Shown piece by piece: positions 11,995 to 23,917 of a stretch of DNA of 64,000 nt. This DNA is from Haliotis rubra (lineage: Eukaryota), in the NCBI RefSeq assembly GCF_003918875.1, contig NW_025765122.1:62001-126000 (forward strand), written 5' to 3'. The notes under the pieces were generated by a model. That model had not been told where the DNA came from, searched no databases, and saw nothing but the letters and a program-made list of their open reading frames with translations. A program made the translations under genes and the position numbers. The number at the start of each line of letters is the position of its first letter. The stretch's first letter is position 1.

Positions 11995-14211
11995 TAACCT
12001 TTTCAAATGTCCATAATGGTCAAGCCGAATAATACTTATTTTGTAAACAGTTTTTCATTTTTGTGCCGAAAAGACGGGTCATAACTACCTGTAATATTTT
12101 GTTTTATTTTATAAATGTCTTTATGTATTGGTCCCCATGGTTCCTGGTATGGTGATCTACCTTCAGTTGTTGGCGATCTAAAGCTCATTTTCATACTGTA
12201 TTGTCCTAATTTAAAATCCAATTTTAGAGATATATGCTAGTTTTATTTCTTGATACTGTGATATTCTAGTCAGTTTTACTGTCCTTCGATAACAGGTTTT
12301 TATAATTTATATGTATTTATTGTGAATTCTAAACTTGTTTTAGTCACGATATTGCCGTTGTGACTTTAAATTTTAACTCACTCACTCACTTTATGTATTG
12401 TTATTTGACAAAAATGCTGTGCAGATCACACTTTTAAGTTATTGAATACATTGTGTTTTTACACATGTTGGTTTTCTGTGGATGTGTAAGTGATCATATC
12501 GCTATGATTGCCCTGAGGATGCGCTTGTGTGTTCTTTCATATCGTGTATTTGCGTATGATCTGATTGAATTATTCAGAAGAGTAACTGTTAATGTCACAG
12601 ATTATTAATCAAACAAAACATAGCAAAATGACAAAAGTTATATTATCTTATAAGCTGTCACACGCGTAAGTTCAACCCTCCGATTTGTATCAATCACTCG
12701 AGTTCAATTCCCAGGCGCTTGTGGAGAAGGATCTTTGACTGATCACATTTGTGATGTTGTCGCACAGGTTGGCATCCACTTGCAGACGTCATTGGACCTT
12801 GTATGGTTGCACTTTTACGTCTTGGTTTTCTTTTACAGCGTTCGGGTATGTCAAACGGAGGATCTTTGAAATAATTTTAATGGATAATTAGATTTTTCAA
12901 AGACATAATCGATTATTGCATGATTAAATATCTTCTTCATGAGAATCTTTGCTACCTCCAAAGTATTCATTTAACTTGCAACGATTTCTCATAGTTTTAG
13001 GGCCTGTTTTACTTTACTTGATTTAATCTAAAGTATATTCTTTGAAATGGAGCACACAATAAAAGTCATCAAATCAACTGTGAAATAATGAACCTGGGAT
13101 CAATGTGATAGGGTTTGGCTGACTGCCTGACTGAGTTTAGTTTTTCGCCGCTTTTAGCAACATTCCAGCAATATCACGCCGGAAAACTCCAGAAAAGGGC
13201 TTCACACATTGTGCCCATGTGGGGAATCGAACCCGGGTCTTCGGCGTGACGAGCCAACGCTTTAACAACTAGGCTACCCCACCGCCCCGTGATAGGGTTT
13301 GACTTGATTGGAGTATTGGTGACTATCGTTACAATAAAAGCTGTCTGTTAGCATCTGTTCCAAATTGAAAAAATACAGCTATTGACGCCTATTCGTGTAT
13401 GCATGTTTTATTCTTACAAAAGCAAATCGAGGCTGGTCGTTATGCTTTACACACACTGCGCTTTCAGATAGATTGATATCTGCATTCAGCGTTCAGGAAA
13501 AGACATGGACGTTTTCATTATTTCAAAATTACATTTGCATAATAATCGTATCGCAAAATCATTTATAAACATACTTGACAAAACTATCAGCCACAGGAAG
13601 CGGATGAAATACATCGATTGGCGCTGTTGTAGCATCCGTCAAGTTGAGATTATGTACTGGATAGCATCTGGCCTGGGACGTATGCATGTAGAAGCACCTA
13701 TCTGCATCCATCCTAGTTTCAAGTATTTCCAATGCAGCATTCATTGCGACAGGAATATCGTCAGGACACATCACCCCTGTACCTTTTGGGTCAATCTCTT
13801 GAAAGGACCCGAACAGATTTTCACACTCTATACTGCCTAGATTTCTTACACAATAGCATCCACTTGGATTCATTGGAAACAGTTGTACCCTCCAATCTAT
13901 ATTGTTCATAAATTCTTCAAACATTATGTGGGGAATTATGAACATTCCAGGTGGTGAGAAAGTGTTAAATAAAACATCTTCAAGAAGCCAATTTATCAAT
14001 TGCCAACTGGTTTTCACACCGTTCTACAGCTGAGATACCTGGGTCATCTTCACTTCTATACCACATGCGGATACACTTGAAGAAGTTAGCCTCATTCATA
14101 TCACCGTTTTTTCTCATTTCAATCTCAACCTTCTCACAAAAACCTTCTGTCTATCAATCAAGTCTCAACAACTGGCAGACTCAATCCCGTTCCATGAGTC
14201 CTGCCTCGGGC

Positions 14212-16416
14212 TCTAACCGCCTTAATCCACGGTTACAGAACGCGTCCGAGTCTTCTAACCTACTTAGAGCATGCACACAAATATTGCTTTTAATAAAATA
14301 AAAGAATAATATTTATTTGGTACGCGTCTGTAATTTAATGAATGGACTATAGTTTTTTTAAGAGCAAGCAAGGTTGTGGTACGGTCGACTTATGTCATGA
14401 ACCGCACGTGCTAATGTGTTTTATATTCTGTATTCTACAGTCGCTATCGTCGTTAAATCAACGCTAATATGTCTTTACCAGTTATCGAAGTTCGTCTTGA
14501 GGAAGCGGCCCGATGCTCTTTGATTAATCAGCTTCAGGGGTACATAGGATTTCATTCCGGGCTCTCATCAAGGATGGTTAATGAACCGAGGACGTAAAGC
14601 ACGTGCTTTTCGGAAATCTCACCTTTACAAACACATGGTCTCCGCGCACATGTCTCTTCATTACGCAGCAGGTATGAGTGGGACCGACAGCGACGATACG
14701 TTGATTCCAGCTTCACAGTGTGAGTTTTTGACAATAAGTGAAATCTCTGAAGATGATGAAATTCTATGCACAGCACTGGAAACTGCGGAGGCAAGGGATT
14801 TTCTTCAGCAACATTACAGCGATGTAAGTGACGTGGAGGAAGAAGTCCACGTGAGTGAGAATGTGTTTGGCGGCGGTAGTGGGAAGCATAGTGATCATGA
14901 AAGATTTTCTGTACCGTTGTTGGATTCTGAAATTGCAGGATTATGCGAGACAAGTGTGCCTCAAAATACCAAACAGAATTTACTTTGGGTCTGTGGTCTT
15001 TTTGAAACTTGGAGATATTCACGTAATCAGAGAATTTTACGAGGGGAAACATCCGGACAGCGTTTAAGTTTAATAGCTCACAAACTCGAAGATCTGAACG
15101 ACGATGAACTTAATTACTCTCTGTGTCGTTTGTATGCGAGGTGCGCAAAAGCGATGGATCTGAATATAATCCGAAAACTCTCCGGCAGTTTGTGCTGTTA
15201 TTGAACATGCATTTGACGAAGTGTGGTCGGGATTTGAAATTCCTGTCGGATAACGTTTTTCTCGAACTGCGAAATATATTGGACAGTGTAATGAAAGAAG
15301 GATGGAAACGTGGTATTGGAATTCGTACCAAAAAGGCCAAGGTTATTTCCTATGAACAAGAGACAACTATGTGGGATATGGGCATCTTGGGAGTTTCGTC
15401 ACCACAGGTTCTTTGGGATACAATGCTGTACCCCATTGGATTAAATTTTGCCCTCAGAAGCGGCGATGAGTACAGGAATCTTACAGTTGACCAATTCGAA
15501 ATTGACAAGGATGACACTGGAGAATTTCTTCTTTATTCTGAGAAGACTAGTAAGTGTTACCAGCGTGGACTTAAGGATATTGGTGTTCCTCCAAAGTGTG
15601 TTCGTGCATATGCCAGTGACAAGTGTGTAGTTGCGATATTCAGAAAGTACTGTAGTCTGCGTCAGACCAACTCCCGTGTCATGTATTTGCGACCACTGGT
15701 GAAGCCCAGAGATGATCAGTGGTACAGTCAGCAGGCTGTTGGAAAACACACTTTGCAGCAGACAGTTGGCAAGATGTGGAAACAAGCAGGCTTTGAAGGT
15801 AGGTTTTACCTTTTTAACTTTTCATTAAACTTGTGAATGTGGTGGTTTTTGGTTTCACAGTATGGCGTGACCATATATCTGATTGAGGCTGCCCTTGTAC
15901 TGTAAGCGTAAATTGACAAGGCTTCTGTATGACTGTTCAAAGGGGCGGTATTGAAAAGCGTTGAACATATAGCCATATTCCTTACTTTGTTAAACTAGCA
16001 ATAATGTTAATTGTCTTATTGCAGGTTTTTACAGCAATCACTCACTCAGAGCCACATGCGCCACTCGACTCTTTCAGTCAGGCATTGATGAACAACTAAT
16101 CGCCAGAACAACGGGACATCGGAGTACCGCTGTGAGAGAGTACAAGCGAGTTAGTACAGCTCGGGAGAAAGAACTGAGCAACGTGATCCAAGGTGGCGGT
16201 GAACTCCCTAAAAGACGACGAACTGCTGACTCAAGTGTCGACGTAGCTACCACAGCCACGCCCGTAGTCTCGCAAAGTGTGACGGACGATTGCGTCGCGA
16301 TGCCAGTGTCTGTTGTCATTAAAAAGTAATAAAAAGTTATTATAGTCGAAATTGTTCTTTTCATTTGAGAAGTAGTTCCGTCCGGGTTGTAACCGCCACA
16401 TCGGATGGTTATAGAA
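14212..16416 (+). mobile_element. Crypton DNA transposon (tyrosine recombinase)
   Basis: DUF3504-type YR gene flanked by two related TAACC-N12-GGTTA palindromes at 14214-14235 and 16390-16411. Exact termini are uncertain. Confidence 0.75.
14674..16329 (+). CDS. Crypton tyrosine recombinase (DUF3504, ZMYM/QRICH1/KCTD1-related); exon 1 ~14674-15798, intron 15799-16024, exon 2 16025-16329; one frameshift near 15130
   Basis: VPQNTKQNLLW, FVCEVRKSDGSEY, NFALRSGDE. A phase-1 GT-AG intron joins AGFEG to FYSNHSLRATCATRLFQSGIDEQLIARTTGHRSTAVREYKR, giving the full R-HxxR-H-Y set. Start codon uncertain (14581 or 14674). Confidence 0.85.
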
Positions 16417-19400
16417 GACACAGGAAGCATGCTCTCACTTCAGTTGTTGGCGATCCTCAGCCATTTTTATATTGTATTGTCCTAACTGAAATCCTATTTA
16501 AGAGATATATGCTAGTTATTATTTCTTGATATTGTTATATTCTAGTCGGTTTTACTGTCCTTCGATGACAGGTTTTTTATAATTTACCATAAATTACTAT
16601 GTATAACAATTGAATGTTCTCGTCTCGATATGGCTGAAATATTGCCGATGTGACGATAAATTATAACTCACTCACTCACTGTTACATTCAGATTCCTTGC
16701 ACTGCCATCGGGACTAATAACAGCTATTGGCTTACATCCGTGGTGTATAGTGAGTGAGTGAGGTTAGTTTTATGCCGCATTCAGCAATATTCCAGCTATA
16801 TGACGGCGGTCTGTAAATAATCGAGTCTGGACCAAACAATCCAGTGATCAACAGCATGAGCTGGGAATTGGGAATGTGTCAACCCAGTCAGCGAGCCTGA
16901 CCACCCGATCCCGCGTAATTCAAACCACTGACTGGACTGCTGTATGACAAGTGGAGGTTCCGAAGAAGTTGCATTTGTGGAACTGTCACCTACTCGACAG
17001 GCGTAGTTTGGTTGTCCTGAGAGATCAAGGGTGTTTTCGTAACAGAACAAATGTAGCTTATTTTTCAATGAAGAAACTACGGCTCATAGTTTATATAATA
17101 GTAACAGGGTACCATCACTTCATGTATTTGTTATGAAGACTATTGGATAGAACTAATGACGTACACATATTTGGATTGTCTCCAGTCCACAACTTCAAGC
17201 TGCTTGAAATTATTGAGTACACTAACCTCTACTACCTATATTTCTCGCACATCTCAGGAAGCAAAAGCACTGTAAGTCCCCATGGTCCCAAGTATGGTGA
17301 TCTACCTTTATCAGTTGTTGGCAATTTATAGCCTGTTTTTATATTGTCTTGTCATTTATAGTTAAAATATTTTAGATTTATTTACTAGTTTTAACTGTAT
17401 TCCTGTGATAATCTAGTTGTTTTACTGTCCTCTGCAGACAGGTAAGTATATTATATAAGTTTGTTTTAATTCATTTATAAATTTACAACTTTCTTTGTCA
17501 CGATATGGTTGAAATACTGCCGATGTGGCTTTACATTTTAACTCACTCACTCACTCCCGCAGATCTTTCAGTCTTAATGATATAATTCTGATCAAGTTCT
17601 GGAGCTGTTTCACCCATGCTGTCTTTGTATTACTGGGCACATTGTATGTTGTCTGGATCGTGTGAATAATCTCATGGTTTTCCACATCAGCTATCAGTTG
17701 CCTTATCAGGGTTAGCTCTGCCGAAAGTCTTTTCTTTGGCTCTACTTTGCCTTTCCTCCAATGATGGCCTACGTTCGTATCCAAATAAATTTATGTCGCC
17801 AGTTCCAGCGTTGATTTTTTTCCCATCTACGCAAGGTTTTAAAGCAATGCCACTGAAAGATTCTGAAATCTTACCAAGAACCTCGTAGAAGATACCTGGA
17901 CCATCTGTGCGCTTAAATGTGTTTTCAACCTTATTCAAACTGTGCACAGCAAAGTTAACCTTCGAATCCTCTGGCTTTAAGTCACCTTTATCTGATTCTT
18001 CCAAGTGACCTGCATTCTTAATCCCACTCATCAAGTGGCGAAATTTTCGGTGAAATAACATTTGACTGATTCTCCAGAATTGTTTAATCTCATCTCTGTA
18101 TCTCATATGAGTTGTTGCTTCAAATCAGTCTTCAAACAATAGGAAAGCAATGTTATCCAAAGGGAGTTTTCCATTGTGTAACAAACGGTTGAACTTCATC
18201 CGTGATTCTTTCAGTGCTGAAATGACACCTGGAAGAGGTTCAGTGACCTCGGACTTGGCTGCTGCACGCAACGTCGTGGTTAGTGTTATTTTCATCAAAT
18301 TTCTATTGCTTTTTTGACGGGGGCCCTATATCTTCAACCCTCAATGTCAATGTCAACGGGTCTGGTGTACACGACATGCCACTTTTTTGGATTTTCATGG
18401 GAATTATATTTGTGTATTTTTTTTACTGTCAATATCACATGTCCTTTGGCGAATCTTGATGACATTATTTGGATGGTGCTTTCACAAATGTTTGATAATG
18501 TTACAAATGTCTAATTTCTCTGCGCAGAAATAACAATGGAAACGTGTATCCATGACTGAGAGCAAAAGAATCCTCATATCATCACAGTATATCCTTTCGT
18601 TGTAATATATGTAATAGTGACCTACAATAGAGGAAAAAGGAACGCATCAAAATTCGATAGCTGCAACTACAAAGACAGTTTTCTGTGAGAAGAAACCAAC
18701 AATCCGTACAGTGATGAAGCAACTACCATCGATGGGTACAGTTATTGTTTCTGTGAATAACGTAGTGTGTATGCATTGACAGAAGCTAAAATCTTGACAA
18801 AGCGGCTACATAACCTCGTTTTGGCTGTAAACCTTAATTCCTTGGGTCGATTGGCTTCTCAACGAATCATATGCCCTAGGACATTAGTTGCTGATTCCAG
18901 GTATGCAAACTACGCAATTATCGTTATTTGTTAGGGGTGGTCAGCTTTTGGTCTGTCTGGTGTTTTCTCTAACGTTGCTTCTGGTCAGTTAATGTAACCT
19001 GGACCCATCCAAACATTAACGATGTAGGATTACAATATGTAAGGACCCACTCCTTCTGTTTGCCTTTCATTCCTGGCATTTGTGGGGTGTTTGTTCTGTC
19101 AGTGTGAGTGTCTCACATGCCGACCATACCTTCATATACCCTGACGGCACGAATTTTTTCAGCTACCCAAGTGTCATATCTGTTTCACATTTTATACAAA
19201 AGAAACAAAAACATGTTGTGGACGTGTTTCATTTTCTGCATGGAGCATCGTTTAACTGGACGAAGTGTTTAGCCTCGATTTATGTGATCATGTGTTTTTA
19301 ATGTTTTGCCATTTCCTTTACGTGGACTGATCCACAATCTGCTTCAGAAACGAAACTTACGTACTCAAGCAATTTATCAAAACCACATTTGTCTACATGC

Positions 19401-20895
19401 CGAAAACTAGTAGGCAAGAATGTAGATTGGATCGGACATTTTCCTTCAAGACGTCACATACTTGAATACTTGCTTGGGAAGTAGATAAGATGTCTCGTTT
19501 GTCCAACTAATTCATATAAGAAAACAACAAAAGCAGGAACGTTTTGTCTGTACTGGTATTTTCCAAAGAATATTAGATTTTCTCCTTTCAATCACCATCA
19601 CTGATCTTCTGATTAACGATGACTTATTCTCTACATAGGAATAGTTCACATAGTTTGAAACACACTACGTTCACATAAACCTTTGATTTCCGGATACATT
19701 GCTACACGTACACAAATATTTTTAACAGTTGAATTTCAAAGTGTGCACGTGGAAAACATGAATGTAGGCAGAACTGGTAATTGTCTGGGAGTCAGACGTT
19801 AGTGAGCAGGTAGCTTAGGCTAACAGTGTACGGGCACATCCTTTGGTGCACATAGATGTGTGGACTGGGGTGTTTAGCGGATCAGATTCGGAGGGTGAGG
19901 GTAGCTCAAAGTTTTAAGAATGTGCAGGTAGCTCCGGACTTTAAGGGGTTTAAAGTTAAGTTGTCCAAGGTGCAGGTAGCTCCTTGGTCTAAGATGAGGA
20001 TAGCTCAATGATTATAAGCACATGTAGAAAGGAGTTCTAAGGTGCGAGTAGTTCAGTTGCAAGAGGTGTGGCAATCCATGTATATTGGGAGGGAAACGGC
20101 TCAGTGTTCGGACACACAGGTGGCTAAGTTTTCTAGGCTGAGGGCGCCTTGTAAACTCACTACGGGAAGGTGCAGAGAAGACTGCTCAGTGGTCTAAGGT
20201 ATCGGTAACTGGGTGGTTTCAGGTGCGTGGATTCCAAAGGGAAGTTGACCTGGTGAGAGCGTAAATTGGCCCTGTATATTGCTGCCTTCATAATGGAAGG
20301 GAACATCGGGATGATGTCAAGCTGAAGGAATGTTAGTGGAAGACACATTGTTAGATTTCAAGAGGTGATGCAGCATTCGGTATACCCAAATCAATATCGG
20401 TTATCAGTTGTTCGTTCTTGATGAATGTAACTACAAAGATACAATCAAGTGCTAGAACATAGCACAACACTGACACTAAATCAAGTCAAAAGTTAAAAAA
20501 AAATTAATTCTTTTTTGGAGGTAAATAAGACAATAATCCATACCCTTCTTTTTGCCCCTTATTATGGAGGCAACCAATCACGTGAATTGTCACGTGGTGT
20601 CCTTTAGCTGTTGAAATTTAGGAACAATCTCTGACTGGCGCATTCCACATATTGATGCCAGCACTGAGCACCTTGTGGTAATCTCTGAACATTAGGATTC
20701 CGTTGAGGTATCGACTTTCTGGTAGTGAGTTAAGGATATAGCTGCCTGTACTTTTCTGCGGTCTACATTGTAATCTCCAGACACTGGTATCCACAGCTTT
20801 GTGTCCACTGTCTACCTGAGCGTGACCGTTCAACCTGGTGATTGTTGGTCAGCAACATCCTTTGTGGCAGGGAATCTTGCTGTGAGCTCTGAAAG

Positions 20896-21174
20896 ATGAT
20901 ACCAAGCTGTTTAAGGGACTGTGAGAAACTGCTGGAATTAACAGTAATTCTGATAGGTATATTTTCAACATCAAGTTTGAAGCAGTGTGGACCTGAGACG
21001 ACTCTCATTTTCAGGAATGTTGGCATTAAGCTCTGTCAGCTAAAATGTACTGAAAATGGTCAATGTTTGAGTTTTGAATATGATATTGAAACTTTAACCT
21101 GTCGTTTGTTGAGAGATGTATCACAGAAGATTGAGAAGGAAGGGCATGTAAGCCTTTTAAGGAATTATTCAGAT
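20896..21174 (+). CDS. Exon 1 of PAN/apple-ankyrin gene: hydrophobic leader plus PAN/apple-like domain
   Basis: LLELTVILIGIFS leader, then CQLKCTENGQCLSFEYDIETLTCRL (PAN Cys pattern). Phase-0 donor GAT|GTAAGT at 21174/5. Confidence 0.65.
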
Positions 21175-21879
21175 GTAAGTAAAAACAATTTTTCAATAAT
21201 CTTTAAAACTATCAACACGATACAATGTGCATTATTTGATTTCGTCTATACGTATTTGTGGATAAATCATTCTAAGATAATGATCATACCCGATGTTTGT
21301 CAAAATGTTAGAGTTTTCGTCTGTACCTATCAAAACACTACTTTTAGTTACCACAGACAAACAGTGTTCAGTAAACAAGAACCTAAGCAATAGTGTTGAT
21401 CAAAAGAAAAGCAATGTCGGGCAACTCCATTTAATGAACATGGAGATACTTTCCTGAATATTCACACAAACACATATTCACAACATTATCTGCCCCTGTT
21501 TAATAATTGTAGATTGCTATATCACGCTCACCTTTCTGTGATATTGTTCATTACGTTTATCAGCATTTCCAGAGTACGTCTAGGGGGAAAACGCACAAAC
21601 TGCAACAAAACGTCTAATTTCCGACGCTATCAAGTTGCGAGCGAAAGTTCAAATCTCCAGAAATCCCGTCATGATCAAATAATGTTGGGAAATGCCTCGC
21701 CTTCAGCTCCATCATTATTTGTGATCAATCGATAAGTTAGGACATGACACCTGAGAGGGTACGTAAGTCCCCAAACATTCAAAGTAAATTTAAACTTCCA
21801 CTTTTTTAATCGTAGAATATGTGTATTATTAATGTATGGCTAGATTATTTAAATTGCTAACAGCTGGAGGGATGATGTA

Positions 21880-22416
21880 CAGTCCGTTTGAGTTAGAAAC
21901 GGACCGATGAATTGCAAATTTTATCAGTGTACAAAATTGCCACATAAATATAAATAGTACACATGTTGATCATTTACTAATACCAAACAGCTTTCTTATA
22001 TTTGAAAATTTTCCGGACTCTTTAAGAAACTATCATTAAAATTTTGACACAGTTCACTATTTGTTACGAAGGAGGAGTGCAGAGAAAGGGACAGCCGGGT
22101 GTGCGAGAAAGGATGGAGACGGCACAGCACAGGCTAATGTATCAATAACGTGGTGGGCACTGGTGAACGTGCTTCTCTAACACCTGGCTGTCCCTTTCTC
22201 TGCACTCCTCCTTCGTAACAAATAGTGAACTGTGTCAAAATTTTAATGATAGTTTCTTAAAGAACTTTTTGGGTGGAGTCCGGAAAATTTTCAAATATAA
22301 GGAAGCTGTTGGGTATTAGCAAATGATAAACATGTGTACTATTTAAATTGATGTGGCAATTTTGTACAATGATAAAATTTGCAATTCATCGGTCCGTTTC
22401 TGACTCAAACGGACTG
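21880..22416. mobile_element. Tc1/mariner-type foldback MITE
   Basis: TA|CAGTCCGTTTGAG...CTCAAACGGACTG|TA. About 230-bp inverted arms around a ~60-bp centre. Splits a copy of the CACT-tailed retroposon. Confidence 0.9.
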
Positions 22417-22824
22417 TAAATCAAAATTGGGCCCATGCAGGAAGCAAATGTATTGTAGGTCTCCATGGTCCTTAGTATGCCAACAACTGAAGGTAGATCA
22501 CCAATCTATGGCCTGTTTATATATTGTGTTGTCATGTATAGTAAAATGATTTAGATATAATCACTAGTTTTAAATTTTGTCTGTGATAATCCAGTTGTTT
22601 TACTGTTCTTCGTTGACAGGTTTTATAATGTACCTTTAATTTGTATTAACCTATAACTTGATTTAGTCACGATATGGCTGAAACATTGCCAAAGTGACTT
22701 TAAATTTTAACTCACTCACTCACTCACTCGTTAAGACATGAATAAGAATAACTCCATATACAGTGGTTCCTGTGATTCAATTGAAAAAGAATTCTGATAT
22801 TGTACATGTTTATCCACTATGAAG

Positions 22825-22912
22825 GTCCCAAACGGTTCCTGTGCATCCAAGATCTGCAGTCTTGGGGAACGATGTTTGAAGACTCGATCTGGAAAAGCTG
22901 TCTGTGTACAAG
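22825..22912 (+). CDS. Exon 2 of PAN/apple-ankyrin gene: small 4-Cys (EGF-like) module
   Basis: AAG|VPNGSCASKICSLGERCLKTRSGKAVCVQ-G|GTAATG. Phase 0 in and phase 1 out, compatible with both neighbours. Confidence 0.65.
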
Positions 22913-22970
22913 GTAATGACCTGTCGTCTTTTCTACATTTCCTAACATCTCTAGGTCTTATAACACCTGA

Positions 22971-23017
22971 TACACGCACACGCACGCACACGCACGCGCA
23001 CGCACACACACTCACAC
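22971..23017. repeat. (CA)/(CG) microsatellite
   Basis: ACACGCACACGCACGCACAC... Confidence 0.8.
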
Positions 23018-23520
23018 GGGGCGTGGTGGACGAGCCGTCTAAGGCGCCGGGCTAGTGATCCGGCTAGCTTAAGGTGCCCGGATCGAGCCCACATGTGACC
23101 GGATGTGAAAACCTTGGAGTCAGACTTTTTGAGTGCAGACTCTTTCAGTGTTGTCACAACCCCTAGTGTACATTACAAAACCCTGTGCACTTAATAGAAC
23201 CCACGAGTCCGTGGAAAATGACCAGATGGTGGCCACATGAATACGTGCAAACACCTAGTTGCGGGTACAGCAATGTGTAGTCAACTTGGACAAAGTACTG
23301 TGACAATGTGTCCCAGTCTTCCCAGCTGTGAATGGGTACCTCGTAAGAATGGGAAAGCCACATTTAATTAACGTGGTGCGTCTAGTGGCTGCAAGAGTTG
23401 TATTATCCCCATGGAGTTGAGACTGAAAATACGATTCGCCGTTGAGATTGACATCCAATGGTTGAGGGAAAACAAAGCGCCTTTGACTAGCTGAGCTGGA
23501 TATATAGTATGTATGTATAA
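23018..23520 (+). mobile_element. tRNA-derived composite SINE (Meta- and Deu-like central motifs, L2-like tail)
   Basis: Box A TGGACGAGCCG and box B GGATCGAGCCC. Central motifs GCACTTAATAGAACCCAC and CCCAGCTGTGAATGGGTACC. Tail AAAGCGCCTTTGA. Confidence 0.5.
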
Positions 23521-23917
23521 CTTATTTCAGTCGCGATATGTATATGTTTGTTGTATGTACCTCGTTGTGGTCGAATGGTCGAGAAGGGACGTGGCTGATG
23601 GAACGTCGTAGTGATTGGTTTTCGATTATATTATCCTTAGCCATTCGAAAAAATTGATACACAAGCCGATATTAGTTTTCGATCCTAATTCCACCAAAGG
23701 AGAACGATAGAACAATTTCTCATTTTAAGAGTTCGTAAAGTCCCTATGCCATCGTCATTAGCGTTGACAGCGTTTGAAACATCGTACGTCGTTCGCACGA
23801 AATCAAATAGTCAGTCGAAGTAAGAAGCGAAGTAACCGAGTAGCTACGACTTTACCATACGAGGCGATAGTAACAAGTCCTTATGAGCGTGTTCCAGTAC
23901 AGTTCTTAATTCGTTTT

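Larger units (their letters stand above)
12697..18553 (-). pseudogene. Decayed spliced P/Kolobok-like transposase with N-terminal zinc finger and internal YqaJ-like (PD-(D/E)xK) nuclease domain
   Basis: Minus-strand pieces in order: MDTRFHCYFC..HLxKHH (18553); MRYRDEIKQFW..NFAV..PGIF..CVDGKKI (18106-17687); QQSSQWFELR (~16950) and AVISPDG (~16710), YqaJ-like; FCEKVEIEM..EANFFKCIRMWY (~14140-14050); RNLGSIECENLFG (~13820); final exon ..PVRQHHKCDQSKILLHKRLGIELE* (~12865-12697). Broken by the Crypton and SINEs. Confidence 0.55.
5844..18814. mobile_element. Large TIR DNA transposon (P/Kolobok-like) hosting nested insertions
   Basis: 77-bp inverted repeats at 5844-5920 (GTTATGTAGCTGCTCTGTCAAGATTTTAG...) and 18738-18814, about 10 mismatches by eye, with weaker similarity continuing inward. 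They enclose a + strand ZnF gene and a - strand transposase-like gene. No TSD resolved because the left flank is noisy. Confidence 0.7.

Noticed and set aside
19860-20240. Degenerate ~25-bp repeat with AAGGTGCAGGTAGCTC core
   Set aside because: Too decayed to define units or function; looks like an old satellite.
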